Below are positions 23,739 to 37,619 of a DNA stretch of 64,000 nucleotides, piece after piece; the stretch's first letter is position 1, and each line of letters begins with the position of its first letter. Below the pieces are notes generated by a model. It worked only from the letters and a program-made list of their open reading frames with translations. It had not been told where the DNA came from and searched no databases. The position numbers and the translations under genes were made by a program. This DNA is from Octopus sinensis. Its lineage: Eukaryota. Location of the stretch: NCBI RefSeq assembly GCF_006345805.1, contig NC_043009.1:65968001-66032000 (forward strand). The letters run 5' to 3'.

Positions 23739-24274
23739 TGGCTTAACACCCCTTACCGTTTGTTTTCACTATTTTGTTCTTACTGTCCTGTTTTCGTTAC
23801 CACTTTAACCATCCGCAAAAAAAATCCCAAATTTTATCTAATTTGCTTTGTGGGAAGGGCTGTTTTAACAAAGTCATGTCTTGTGCTAACCTTCGAAACA
23901 TGGAGTAGATAAAACAGGGACATTTGCCACCATCTATGTCTCTCTCTCTCTCTCTCTTCCTTTACTCAACCATTCCATTCATATTCTGATCCCTGTCCCT
24001 TGTGAGTATGCCTGACCCTTTGTCACCGTCTCTATCCTGCTGTCTCATATTTTCTCTCTCCTTCTTCTGCACTTCACTCAGGTTGGGTAACTATGGACCT
24101 CCTTTGTAGCAGTACGCCTGTTTCTGTCTTTGTTCCTGATCTCTCTCTCTCTCCCTCCCTCTCTGGGTATCCTTGTGCCTCCTCTACAGCAAGGCACCTG
24201 TTTCTTTCTTTCTGTCTCACTATAACCTTTCATCATCCAACACAAGATCACTTCCCCCAAATTCCCCCTTTCCT

Positions 24275-24585
24275 CTCAAAAGATTTTTGTCTTGCAAGTT
24301 ACTTGATGCCACTTAAAGAGCACCCAGTCCACACTGTAAAGTGGTTGGCATTTGGAAGGGTATTCAGCTGTAAAAGCCTTGCCAAAACTGACCTAACCTG
24401 TGCTTGTGCCATGTAAAAAGCACTAAGTCCACTCTGCTGAGTGGTTGATGTTTGGAAGGGCATCCGGCTGTAAAAAACCATGCCAAAACAGTCACAGAAG
24501 TTTGGTGGAAGCTTCTGCCTGGCCATCTCCTGTCAAACTGCCCCACCCATGCAAGCATGGAAGGCAGATTTTAAATGACAATGAT
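24275..24585 (+). mobile_element. Family A RTE 3' end, diverged, duplicated core
   Basis: Two GTGGTTG..TTTGGAAGGG modules; CCATGCAAGCATGG terminal. Confidence 0.7.
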
Positions 24586-24591
24586 AAATAT

Positions 24592-24653
<62 letters not shown>

Positions 24654-24877
24654 TATTTATGGGTAAACATATGTAGTAGGTAAGCTATCAAAAATGGTGA
24701 ATGTGCTGTGCAAACACATTACCTGGGACTTGCTCTGGAACAAGGTTTGAATATTGCATTTAACGCTTACTTTCTAAGCCTTAATTCTTTAACTTTAAAC
24801 TTGACTTATATACAAGCATATATGTATGTATGTATGTATATGCATATATGTTGTGCATATATATATATATATATATA

Positions 24878-24918
24878 TACAACAGACTTCTTTCAGTTAC
24901 CATCCACCAAATCCATAT

Positions 24919-24964
<46 letters not shown>

Positions 24965-25065
24965 ACAGACTTCTTTCAGTTACCATCCACCAAATCCATA
25001 TATATATATATATATATATATATGATGATATATTCTGGAGGTGACATATATATTTTACTCATCAT

Positions 25066-25109
<44 letters not shown>

Positions 25110-25268
25110 ACAGACTTCTTTCAGTTACCATCCACCAAATCCATTCCTAAACTTTGGTGAGCCTGAGGCTACAATAGAAGACACTTACCAAAGGTACCAT
25201 ACAGTAGGACTGAAACCAGAATCATGGAGCTGAGGGGCAAACCTCTTATCACATAGCCACGCCTGTGC
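24878..25268 (-). mobile_element. Family B SINE 5' half with a triplicated 38-bp segment
   Basis: ACAACAGACTTCTTTCAGTTACCATCCACCAAATCCAT at about 24879, 24962 and 25107. Confidence 0.85.
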
Positions 25269-25409
25269 CTATATTACCGACACTTCAAAAAATTTGATTT
25301 ACTTTAGGTTTTTCATTTTCATTTCATTGCAAGAAAAATAAAATCATTAGAATAAAAATGTTTTGCTTTTAGAATTAAATTAATTTCCTTTGCACTCTAC
25401 AGGTGTGAT

Positions 25410-25620
25410 TTACAGAACATTAGATGCAAAAACATTACAAGGAAAGAAGATTATGGCTTTTGAAATGGAATGGTGTAGAAAAATCTTTTGTATTTCATGT
25501 ATTGAACATGAAATTAAAGAGAGCATTAAGAAGGAAATTATTGAAAGAAGTGCATAGCACAAAATTCTTGTCGACTGCTGAAGACAGAAAATGACGCTGT
25601 TAGGCCATTAAGTGCAAAGT
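25410..25620 (+). mobile_element. Old RTE-like ORF relic
   Basis: KKIMAFEMEWCRKIFCIS..RQKMTLLGH resembles RIQAFEMRCYRRLL.IS..RKLRWFGH. Confidence 0.5.
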
Positions 25621-25796
25621 CTACTTTAACGAATATGGTCATAGAAAAACATTACCTTCGCATCGCTTTGATGTTTGCACTGGCCATGACTTTTGCAAGG
25701 TTTCTTTCTTACATCATATACAAAAGAAATTGATGTAGAAAATGCTTGGCATGAAATTAGGCAGAAAAAAATGTGGACATGAAAAGAACCAGATCT

Positions 25797-26006
25797 TTAA
25801 CCGTTTTGATACAAAACCACCTGAAACTGCCCTACGTTCTTCAACAGAAATTCCTTGTTTTAAAGTGATCAAGTCTTAAAACCTCCCATGCTAATTTATA
25901 TTCCAAACATCATCTTCATAATGACAAAGTTATTTAATAAATTCTTTGTTATTTTTAAAATTAATTAAAACAAATATTTCAAAAGAAATATGGTGAAAAA
26001 GGTTCA
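25797..26006. mobile_element. MITE family G copy
   Basis: Begins TTAACCGTTTT; aligns to the reverse complement of 14520-14753. Confidence 0.6.
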
Positions 26007-26388
26007 TCTAAAAGCTGCAACAGCAGAAACTCTACTAAATTTCTAACGCCTGCAACATAATGAATTCTATTTAAAGAATCCTTGAACAAGGTGGTCGTGT
26101 TAGACTGGGCAATGAATTAGGTTTAATATCCAAAATATATGAATAATCAATATATATATTCTGGCAGCGCAAAGAAGCCAGGAAGAGTCTCAGAATGGCT
26201 ACAACAAGGTCAATGATGTGTAGAGACTCAGTTTTGAGTAAAGTGCATCTGTTCCTGCTTCACTGGTTCCTCATAGGTGTAAACTGATCGGGAGTTAGTG
26301 GTTTGGGTTTATTGTGAATCAATTGTTGGAGTTTTCTTTGTTGTTAAGTAAAGCAGAACTTTTTATGACACCGCAAAGAATACAAGAC

Positions 26389-26394
<6 letters not shown>

Positions 26395-26470
<76 letters not shown>

Positions 26471-26516
26471 TGTGTGTGTGTGTGTGTGTATGTATGTGTG
26501 TGTGTGTGTGTGTGCG
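26395..26516. repeat. (GT)n microsatellite
   Basis: Directly visible. Confidence 0.98.
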
Positions 26517-26784
26517 TGCATGAGTGAGAGGGGGTGTGTAGGGCTAGGGTGAGCATGTGTGTGCACGCACAAACAGAAAAACATATATACACACATTCAT
26601 ATACATAAAGGTATGCATATATATATATATATATATACACAAATGAATGACTAAAAGAGAGAGAATTTTGAAGTTATATATTTACCTATGTTAGGAATGG
26701 TGAGGAACAACCATTTATGGCTAACTTTGTTACTGAGAGAAGAAGCATGAAAATGTTTATCCCTACAGTTTCTTTGTAAGTTTA

Positions 26785-27010
26785 GATCATCATCACCATC
26801 ATATATGAACATCCATTGTCCATGCTAGCATAGGTAAGATGGTCTGAGTGGGGTTGGTCACTAGCAAGCTGCACCAGGCTCCAATTGTCTGTTTCGGCAT
26901 GGTGGCCTCTACTGCTGAATGCCCTTCCTAACACCAACCACCTTTACAGAATATACTGGGTGCTTTCCATGTGACACCAGCACCAGTGATTTTTATGTGG
27001 TGCCAGCATG
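26785..27010 (-). mobile_element. Family A RTE 3' end, diverged
   Basis: (CAT) tail, CCATGCTAGCATAGG, ATGCCCTTCCTAACACCAACC. Confidence 0.75.
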
Positions 27011-27339
27011 TAGATATATATATATATATATATATATATAATAATAATATGAGGGAATATTATTCCAAACTTACAGGAAAAAATTCAATTTAGAAATACT
27101 AAATCAAATTTCACAAAATAATAATATATATATAAATAAATTAGAAAAAACCCCACCTTTTATCAATTCAATAATGAAAAAGTTAAATTATACCATTTAG
27201 AAAAATTACATCTTATAGAAAAATTAAATATAAGATAAAACATATAACAATGATTAAGTAATGTACAAAATAATAAATAAAACGTATATATTTGGTTGAA
27301 TAACGACACGTGTTTCTTGCCTATATTTAAGAAATTTCT

Positions 27340-27385
<46 letters not shown>

Positions 27386-27907
27386 ATTCAAATAATAAGA
27401 CAAAGAAATTGTTTCTGTCTCTACTCTGCTTTCAATGCCAACCTGCGTCAATTGATGTGACTAAAATTTCCTCAAGGCAGTGCCCCAGCATGGCTGCAGT
27501 CCAATGACTGAAACCAGTAAAAGATAAAAGATGTGTGAGCATGTTTATGAAGGAGAGAGACTTGGAAGTTAGAGTGTTGTAGTCATGATTGCAAGATTAC
27601 AGTTTCAATTCCCAGACCAGCTGCATGTTGTGTTCTTGAGCAAAACACTTCATTTCATGTTGCTTCAGTCCACTAAGCTGTAAACAGGTAACCCTGTAAC
27701 GGACTGGTGATCTGTTCAAAGAGTATGCAGCCGGGTGGTATCATTTGAAAGTTTTAACACAGGTAGATGCATTGTAATCAATAGTGTAAAACGATATCCA
27801 AAATGTTGGAAGACACAATGAAATTCTATACTTTTGAATATTAGTCACGTTTCAGAAGTTGGTTACCATCTTATTGTTCAAACTGCTAGAAACAGTAGTT
27901 AAATCTA

Positions 27908-28306
27908 TTTATCCCTTTAGCATTTAAACTGGCCATATCAGGCCACAGCTGTCTATTTATTTTATGTCCAAACAAGCCATATTTGGCCTCTTGCACTTAA
28001 CCTACAATATCAGTCTGAAAATAAGCAATCTCATCATTGAAATCTTGAAATTACAAGATGATTGGCACGTAAAAGCATCCAGTACACTCTCGGAGTGGTT
28101 GGCATTAGGAAGGGCATCCAGCTGTAGAAACTCTGCCAGATCAGATTGGAGCCTGGTACAGGCATCTGGTTCGACAGTCGTCAGTCAAATCGTCCATCCC
28201 ATGGTAGCATGGAAAACGGACGTTAAACGATGATGATGATGATTAAATGATTACTTCAAGATGATGCAGTACTTTTGACAGAATAATTTGAATGCTAAAG
28301 GGTTCT
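27908..28306. mobile_element. MITE family F interrupted by a family A RTE 3' end (28063-28243, +)
   Basis: Left half ATCCCTTTAGCATT and right half AATGCTAAAGGGTT flank the family A insert. Confidence 0.75.
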
Positions 28307-30294
28307 AATCAGATTCTACAGTGTTAAAAATTAAAAAGACAATATTGAATAATTCACACAAACACAAAGACTCAAAGAATGTTTCTCTAGTTTACTTGGC
28401 CTCCAGGCATTGTTCTATTGGAGCAATTAACAGGAGTTGATGGAATTACCTTTTACTCCAAGAATAATGTAAATCTATCTTTGACCACTTCTTCATAAGA
28501 GTCACCTAATCTTTGCCGAATTACAGTTATCAACGACAGGTAATGTATTTGTCCAGTTTAGTCCCAATCATCATATATTCATTTAGTGGCATGAAATGGT
28601 TCTAAATCACTAACTCTTCCTTCTTTCTCTCTATCAGTGAATTCTTTTGGTATCATGTGTGTATTTAAGTCTTATATATATATATAGTCAAAAATTGTGA
28701 AGCATGACTGTCACCACTACTACATGAACCTGAAGATTGCAGAATTTAATGCATGAAAGTACTAGTTCAATCAGAATGAACATTTAACATTCTACTATTT
28801 TATTTTATTCTATTATTTTATCTTATATTATATCATTATAAGATTGTAAATAAAACGTGAAAATCAGACAAGGTTGGAATTCCTTTTATTAATATATTCT
28901 TCTATACACAATCACACACACATCCGTATATATATATATATATATTATATATATATATATACTCACACACACATACAGTTACACCTGCTCTCTCTTTCAA
29001 ATGCAAAAAGCATACAGCAATTTACCTGCCCACTAAAAACTCACCTTTCGTTTGGAAATGACCATCAAGTTAGCCCAGTCCCCAACAACTACAACAAAAC
29101 TCTTTCTTCCTTTTGAATTTAATATTTTACGATTGTCATCATCAGCGTCATCATAATGAAAGACAAAACGGGAGATATTGGAGAAAAGCTGGATTTGAAG
29201 GGAGTAAATGTGTTGTGTACAAGAGGCAAGAGCCGAAGTCTTCATGACCAAGAATCAAGGATACTAATCTTTCTGGGATGCCAACAGCCTTGGGTTGTAT
29301 TGAGGGGACATATTGTTGGCAGTGAAATGGATGAAGTAATTGAGGAAGTTAAAAGCATGCATTAGAATAATTATGCTGAGTCTCGTGATGACACCATAAC
29401 AACAGCATCTATCTCTAGATACAGACCACAATTAAAGCTGGCAGAGGACCATAAAAATGTGGCCTTCCAGCAGACTGTCGGATATTGCTGTACTACAATA
29501 AGGGTCACTACAATTATTGACCTCATTATTAAAAAGAGCAATTTTAATGTTAAACAACACTATGATGGCTTCTCCAGTGTAAATGGGGACGAGGAATTAA
29601 GAATGATTTAACCATTTGCGATATTAATTTCAGGAAATAAACCTGCTTCCCGAGGACCTAATCAGCTGAATACAAAAGCAGATAGACAGGCGATTGTGGA
29701 CACTATGAATAGTAGGCCTTTACTAGGTGAAGATTTAGATTAATGGTTAGTGACCCCAGAATGAGAGTTTAATAAATCCTGTGACACAAGACAATCGAAA
29801 GAAGGAAGAAATGGAAACTGAATGAGTCTTTGACTAGTCATGAGTTTAAAGAAGTTCTAACTGATGTATATAACAAAGGGGTGGGGGTGATACTTCGATT
29901 ATCTGTCTGGGTAAGTAATATGTTAGTTATGAGCAAAATTAGTAAATTGGTACAGCAGAGTCATGTACCAAATCACTGGCAAAGCTGTATTCTAAAAATA
30001 AATAATCCTATCATTGAAATCTCAATGTTGTGATATAATATACAATTAATTCAAAACATTTTGAATAAATGAGTATAACATTTGAGAGAGTAATCTAATT
30101 ACTAAATGGTAAAGAAGTTGTCTGTGGAAGGATTCCAGTGTTCTCTCAACCCACTGTCTTGTATTCTGAGCTACTGCTGTCTATGAGAAGTTGCCTTTGC
30201 TGTGACTACAAAGTACTCTTCTCTGCTGTCCATTGGTCTTCTTTGGTTCAGTTTGTTACAGCTGAATAATCTTCCCTCACCACACCCTTTGCAG

Positions 30295-30520
30295 CGTGTG
30301 GATGCACACATACTTGGGACAGGTGCTACATAAGAAGCACCCAGCCGGCACTCTGCAGAGTGGTTAGCATTAGGGAGGGCATCCAGCCATAGAAAGGATG
30401 CCAAAGCAGTCAACTGGAGAATGGTGCAGTTCATGGGCTTCACAGTTTCTGTCAAACTGTCCGACCCCTGTTAACATGGGAGACAAATGTTAAATAATGG
30501 TGATGTTGATGACCATGATG
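30295..30520 (+). mobile_element. Family A RTE 3' end, diverged
   Basis: GAGTGGTTAGCATTAGGGAGGGCATCCAGC core, degenerate GAT tail. Confidence 0.7.
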
Positions 30521-30774
30521 ATGAAGAGGAAGATGGTGATGGTGATGGGGATGATGTCTGTATGAACAAAATATTTACAGGAAATAAATTAAAATATTGC
30601 ACGTGATGGTTTCATTATTACATTCCAACAGAAGATAATGCTTTGAAAAAGTTGCCGATACAAGAAATACGCAAAGAGAGACTCTGTTTCTGGATTGCTG
30701 AGTAAGCTTGGAAGACACTGTAAACTATATGTATCAATGTAGTGGTGAATGTATATAGTGTCGGAAGATGAATG

Positions 30775-31312
30775 CATACATTATACACACATGTGTGTCG
30801 AAACACATTTGTGTGAGTGTAATTGTGCATATATACATATATATACACAGATTGATAAATATAAATACATACATACATACATACATATATATATATAACA
30901 GATATACATATATATATATATAAATATATCTATACATATATAGATATATATACAGATATACATATATAGATATATACATACATATCTATACATATGTAGA
31001 TATATACATATATACATATAACCCATGCTAGCATGGAAAACAGACGCTACATCTACAAATATATATATACATACATCTACAAATATATATATACATACAT
31101 ATACAAATATATATATACATACATATACAAATATATATACATATATATATATATATACAAATATATATATATATATACAAATATATATATATACAAATAT
31201 ATATATATATATACAAATATATATATATACAAATATATATATATATCTAAATATAAATACATATACAAATATATATATAGATACAGATACAAATATACAT
31301 ATAGATACAGAT

Positions 31313-31355
<43 letters not shown>

Positions 31356-32180
31356 TATATACATATACAAATATATACATATACAACTATATATACATAC
31401 ATATATACATATACAAATATATACATATATACATATATATATATATATACATACATATACAAATATATATATACATACATATACAAATATATATATACAT
31501 ACATATACAAATATATATATATATACATACATATACAAATATATATGTACATACATATACAAATATATATGTACATACATATACAAATATATATATACAT
31601 ACATATACAAATATATATATACATACATATACAAATATATATATACGAATATATATACACATATAAAAATATATATATATAAATATATATATATACATAT
31701 ATAAATATATATATATATACATATACAAATATATATATATATACATACATATACAAATATATATATATACATACATATACAAATACATATATACATACAT
31801 ATACAAATATATATATATAGATACATATAGAAATATATATATACGAATATATATATATACATATATGAATATATATATAGAAATAGAAATATATATATAC
31901 AAATATAAGTATATACACAAATATATATATACGTAAATATATATATACATATATATATATATACATTATACATATATACATTATATATATATATACACAC
32001 ACATCTGCATATAAACACATTTGTGTGTGAATGTGTGCTATTGCTTTTATATATATATATATCTAGTACATATACATGCATATGTGTTTATAAATATGGA
32101 TGTGTATGTATATGTACACACACATACACACACACACACACACACACAAATATATATATATACATACATACACATATGTA
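30775..32180. repeat. About 1.4-kb TA-rich satellite with higher-order TACATACATATACAAA(TA)n units
   Basis: Directly visible; produces the longest ORFs in the track (YI repeats). Confidence 0.95.
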
Positions 32181-32559
32181 TATGGTTGACACCAAAGTTC
32201 ACATCTCTGGTGTAACCATGACAACAGCCACATTACCACAAGTGGAACATTGACAATAGACCCCGGCAGAAAAAAGAAGTCTTTAAGAGTTGCTTGTTGG
32301 AAGTTCACACTGTCCAAACACAACCAATATTCACAGGAATTTCATTATTGTCTTCTTCTTAATGATAACAACAAAAATAAGAACAACAACAACAACTAAA
32401 GCACAACAAAAAATAACTATTGTTATTATTATTATTATCATTATTATATTTTATTTTTTTAAATAATAATAACAATCATAATAATAAAAACAGAGAGAAT
32501 AATGACAACAGCTAGAAGAAGAATAACAGCAATATCAAAAAAACAAAAAAAATTAATAC

Positions 32560-32572
32560 ATAAATAATAATG

Positions 32573-32603
<31 letters not shown>

Positions 32604-32717
32604 TAATAATAAGGATGCAGATAAGAATGATGGTAATAACAATAATGAAAAGGATTTCTTTTACAATAACAACAACAATTACTACAACAATAATGATGAT
32701 GATAATGACAATAATAA

Positions 32718-32748
<31 letters not shown>

Positions 32749-32785
32749 AACAATAACAATGATAATAATAATAACAATAACAATG

Positions 32786-32816
<31 letters not shown>

Positions 32817-32876
32817 TAATAATAATGATAATAATAATGATGATAATAATAATAATAATAATAATAATAATAGTAA
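32560..32876. repeat. (AAT)n/(GAT) microsatellite
   Basis: Directly visible. Confidence 0.95.
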
Positions 32877-34002
32877 TGTTGGCAATTTCACAATATTTTT
32901 ATTTGATTTGTTGTATTCCTCAATCTGAGGTGAGAATATTGTGTATGGAGATATTTATAAAAAAAAATGCTCCTTTTTTTTTTTTTTAATACATATATGT
33001 TAGACTAGCAGGGTCAAAAACTGAAAGTATTAATATAGGAGATATCTGCATGCTTTTTGGGGTTTTTTAAAAAAATTTTATTATCATTATTATTAATATT
33101 ATTATTATTATTATAAAGTGCTTTGTCAGACAGAAGGTAGGAGGGGTTTTGTTTTTGCTTTTTTATTTTTACTGAATTTATTTTTATATCTTCTAAAGTG
33201 TGGGGGTGTGAAGATCAGATTGAGTGTGGTGCGCATGCAGATTTATTAGCTTGAATTTATCATCATTACCATCATCATCATCATCATCATCATCATCACT
33301 AGTAGCAGTAGTAGCAGTAATAGTAGTAGTAGTAGTAGAATGGTTTTTCTCGTTTGTTTTCAGGTTCTTTTGTTTTTTGGTATTTTGGTGAGGGTTTGGA
33401 GATGAGGGGGTGGGTAAATATTGGCGCTCCTTTCCCCTAAAGTCTTGAACTAATTTGATGGGTATTAATGTAAGAAGTTTAAAAAAACATAATACCAAAA
33501 TTCTTTGAACTTCAACCAAACGGACAATATCTTTTATGGAGCACTTGTTTTGCTTTCATTTTTTTTGAGTTGTTTTTTTATTCTTTTTGTCTGTTTTTCA
33601 CTCTGTCTAATGGTCAAGTGGAACAATATCATTATTGCATAAGAGACGGAACTGTAATGTGATAGAAATGGTAAAATGCCAAGTGAAATTCCTTATGGTT
33701 TCTACAGTATATTTTCAGAGCAAAAAAATCAACAAATACTATATGTAGATTGTCACTTTGTGTTGGCATTGCTATTATCATTGTTTAACACCAGGTCAGC
33801 CTCATCAAGCAGACATAATATCAAAGACAATCCAATCATGGCAATCCCATCTTTTTGTCTTTGAGAAGGGAGTATGGTATCATCTAATATGTACTTTATT
33901 TAAAAAAGATGAAAAAATTTGTTTATATATTAAAAATATATGTGTTATATATTATATATAAACACACAAACACAAATACATACATGTGTGTGTCTGTGTG
34001 TG

Positions 34003-34037
<35 letters not shown>

Positions 34038-34083
34038 CACACAAAGACATACATATATAAATATGTATGCGTGTGTGTGTATG

Positions 34084-34126
<43 letters not shown>

Positions 34127-34787
34127 TTTATATAAATATATAAAATTGTGGAAATACATATAGACATTTATATACTCACAAACACATATATGCATATACA
34201 CACACAGGTGTACATACACATACATACACACACACATATATGCATACTCATATATATATATATATATATATTATATATAATATAAATAATATATAAATAT
34301 ATGCATATATACATATATGTACAAGCCTACATATATATGTATATATACATGCATATATGGGTACAGGACATCAAAAAGACATGAACAAAATTAGAGATGA
34401 GAACATAAAAAATACAAACACAGAAAACAAACATTTTTTCGAACAACGAAAGAAACAAATTCAGGTCAGGTACGTGATGTTGATAAGCCACAAAAATACA
34501 AAAATGGTGAAACATCAACGTCCATCACTCATCGTCAACCATCATTTAACATCCGTTTTCCATGCTGGCATGGGTTGGATGGTTCAAATGGGATTTGGAG
34601 TGAGTTGTCCCACTTGTCTATGACTTCCATGTATTTTTAACTCCTGGCACTTTGAGGGAGTCATCTCCACCACACCAGTTAGCAGCCGACTGGCAAACAA
34701 ACACAATGCATACATTGGGTATATGTGTTCAATAATGTTTACAAGACTAGTGCTGCTTCTAATTCACATTTGAACACACATACATTT

Positions 34788-34819
<32 letters not shown>

Positions 34820-35139
34820 TATATATATGATAATGACGATGATGATATTGATGATGATGAAGTATATAAATTACAGGTAATACAACGTCAAATGACATAA
34901 GACAACCAGGGCATACAATTAGCACTCAGATTGAATTTACACCTAAACTCAAACTTTAAATGCAACTATAAATGCAGCAAAGTGGAAGCTGCCTAAATGA
35001 GAAGAGGCTTTAGGCAATGCACTGATGAAGCTGGTACAATGGAAGAAAAGAACAGAAAAGCTAACGACAGGTGTATGCCATAATCTGACTCCATACCTGA
35101 TGTCTTGAATGTCTACCTTTTGTTCTATTTTACATATAA

Positions 35140-35400
35140 AGGTGAATGCAGGTGGCCTAGTCATTAAGTGTGTAGCAATATAAATTGTCAGATCAAGAGT
35201 TCAATTCCTAGACCAGGTGGCATGTTGTGTTCTTGAGCAAAACACTTCATCTCACATTGCACAAGTACTGTATGGGGGACCAACATATCAAAAAAACAAA
35301 AAAATAATGTTTCCTCTGTGTGTTGTAAAAGGTGACTAAGAAGCGGTTCAGATAAGAACTGCAATCTGACCTCATAAAATACTCCACTGGGTTGGAGGGT
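35140..35400 (+). mobile_element. tRNA-headed SINE related to family D, diverged (related copies 27560-27720 +, 54240-54408 -)
   Basis: GGTGGCCTAGT..GAGTTCAATTCC head and GTTGTGTTCTTGAGCAAAACACTT core. Confidence 0.6.
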
Positions 35401-35444
35401 TGTCACCTGAGTAGCACACAGACCTCATCTACCAGGACTCTTTT

Positions 35445-35862
35445 ACTCTTTTACTTGTTTCACTTATTTGACTGTGGCCATGCTAGAGCACTGCCTTTAG
35501 TCGAGCGAATCGACCCCAGGACTTATTCTTTGTAAGCCTAGTACTTATTCTATTGGTCTCTTTTGCTGAGCCGCTAAGTTACGGAGACGTAAACACAGCA
35601 TTGGTTGTCAAGCGATTTTGAGGGGACAAACACAGACACAAACATATACACACACATACATATATATTCACATATATACGACGGACTTCTTTTCAGTTTC
35701 CGTCAACCAAATCCACTCATAAGGATTTTGGTTTGCCCGAGGCTATAGTAGAAGATACTTGCCCAACGTGCCACGCAGTGGAACTGAACCTGAAAGCATG
35801 TGGTTGGGAAGCTAGCTTCTTACCACACAGCCACTCCTGCGTCTATAATCACCAACAAATGC
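35445..35862 (-). mobile_element. Family B SINE, full length
   Basis: All diagnostic blocks present in reverse orientation. Confidence 0.88.
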
Positions 35863-36326
35863 TGGATGCAACTAAGTGCTGTTACAGCACATCCCCCTCC
35901 CCCCCACTAGTACTACTACTATACATATACTGTGCCTGTAAGTTTGTGTGTGTATGCGTTTATATATGCATGTTTTCTTTTCTTTTGGAGATGGTTGAAG
36001 ACAGAACTGTTGATGCTACATTCCCTTAGAGTCTTGAACAAGTCTTTCATCTGAAGCGATTTAGCATAAAGAAAATAAAAAATTAATATCGGCAAAACGT
36101 TTTGCTCTTCAAACCAAATAATCTTATTTGTGGTACATTTATTTTGTTCCCTGCTTTGATGTTTGCTTAATATTTTCCTCTCAAATGTTCCAGTGGAACA
36201 ATCATATTACTGAAGAGAACAATCACCAAGATACAAATCATTTTAGTTCAATTGCATAGAGTAACATCTTGAGCAAATGTCCGTCACTGTCACTTGGAGT
36301 CAACCAATGTCAGTATGTATGGAAGC

Positions 36327-36358
<32 letters not shown>

Positions 36359-36779
36359 AGGCACACATATATAAAGCATATTTTTATATGTATATATATA
36401 TTATATATATATATAAGGTACATTAAACAAATGAATAAATGAATATGAGTTTTGTTGTGATTCTATTCTTTAACAGAAAACCATGCACAGCCTACTGAGT
36501 TAGTTTTCACATAAGCATTATGTGGTCCACTCATTTTCAATTAATATTCAAAGTTTTTTTTCAAACTGCGTTAAAATGGCTCGAGAATCTTTGCAGTAGC
36601 TGACAAACTCATGCATTGTGCTTACATCAAACTTTTTTTCAAAACTCAGCAAACCTGCTACCAGTGCCCTCAATATGCTTTGATGTTTTGCAAACAAATT
36701 GCACGCGCGAGTGCTACCAGTTGAGAGCTCAGCATCCCGGAAGCCAGCAAGTTTATGTTGTCATCAGGAGAGAATGCAT

Positions 36780-37130
36780 GTTGTTTCAGAGCCTGCCTCT
36801 TGATGGCATCAATGCGCACTCTCACTGATGTGAAGCCCTGATTGCGAGATCAACTGGTTATTAAATAAAGCTCAATATTCTTCTAGCCATCGCTCATTGT
36901 CTCTTTTTAACTAAATACAGTGGCTAGCCTTTTCCGCTGAAGTTTGGCTATCGGTCATGGTGGTGTTTACTTTACGATGAGTTAGGCCTAATGATAACAA
37001 CAGTCGTCTCACACTGTGTCCAACAAACCCTCTTCGTCCGACTTCGATTGGAAAATACACCACTTTCCAGCCTGCGTCTTCACATTCCTTGAGGGGGTTT
37101 ACATAACGGATGTTATTTTGGTCAAACACA
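36780..37130 (-). mobile_element. HERO-like (restriction-like endonuclease) non-LTR element, 3' end
   Basis: KECEDAGWKVVYFPIEVGRRGFVGHSVRRLLLSLG..AEKASHCI*LKRD resembles GW...PIEVGCRGF....AAE.AS.W.WLKR. Confidence 0.75.
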
Positions 37131-37444
37131 AGTTTTGAGAAGCACAAATGTCGCAGGGCAGTTGAGTATTTGTTCAAGATGAACCTACAGAGTGACTGAT
37201 TACTAGAAAAGTGTCAGAAAATGTGGGAAATCTATGGTTGTCAAGGAGGATTTGTGAAAACCTCCATGAGGACCAAAACCAAACAATTCACCAGCTGTCT
37301 CACATGACTGGAGTCTGACAAGAAAACCATCATCATCATTTTAACGTCCACTTTTTCATGCTTGCATGGGGCTGATGGAATTCATAGAGGCAGATTTTCT
37401 ACAAGATGCCCTTTTATATGTATGTAGACACATGTATATGTGTT

Positions 37445-37602
37445 TGTATGTATATATATATGTATGTCCAGACCACCAGCTCTCTTTCACATGCACATAC
37501 ATACTCTCTTATACACACACACACCTTCGTGTTGGGGGTCATCTTTACTTTGTTATCTCTCCTACTTCTTCCTTCTCGTGTGTGACCAATCTGTCTGGCA
37601 AA
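37445..37602 (+). mobile_element. Family I short element, 5' half
   Basis: Reverse complement of 38615-38755 with high identity. Confidence 0.8.
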
Positions 37603-37619
37603 GAAATATTTCAAGCAAA

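Noticed and set aside
24878-25145. Repeat-spacer pattern resembling a CRISPR array
   Set aside because: The repeat is a SINE fragment, the spacers are (TA)n, the context is eukaryotic and there are no cas genes.
30781-32081. Longest ORFs in the track (200-334 aa YI/IY repeats)
   Set aside because: These are translations of a stop-poor TA satellite, open on both strands and in several frames.
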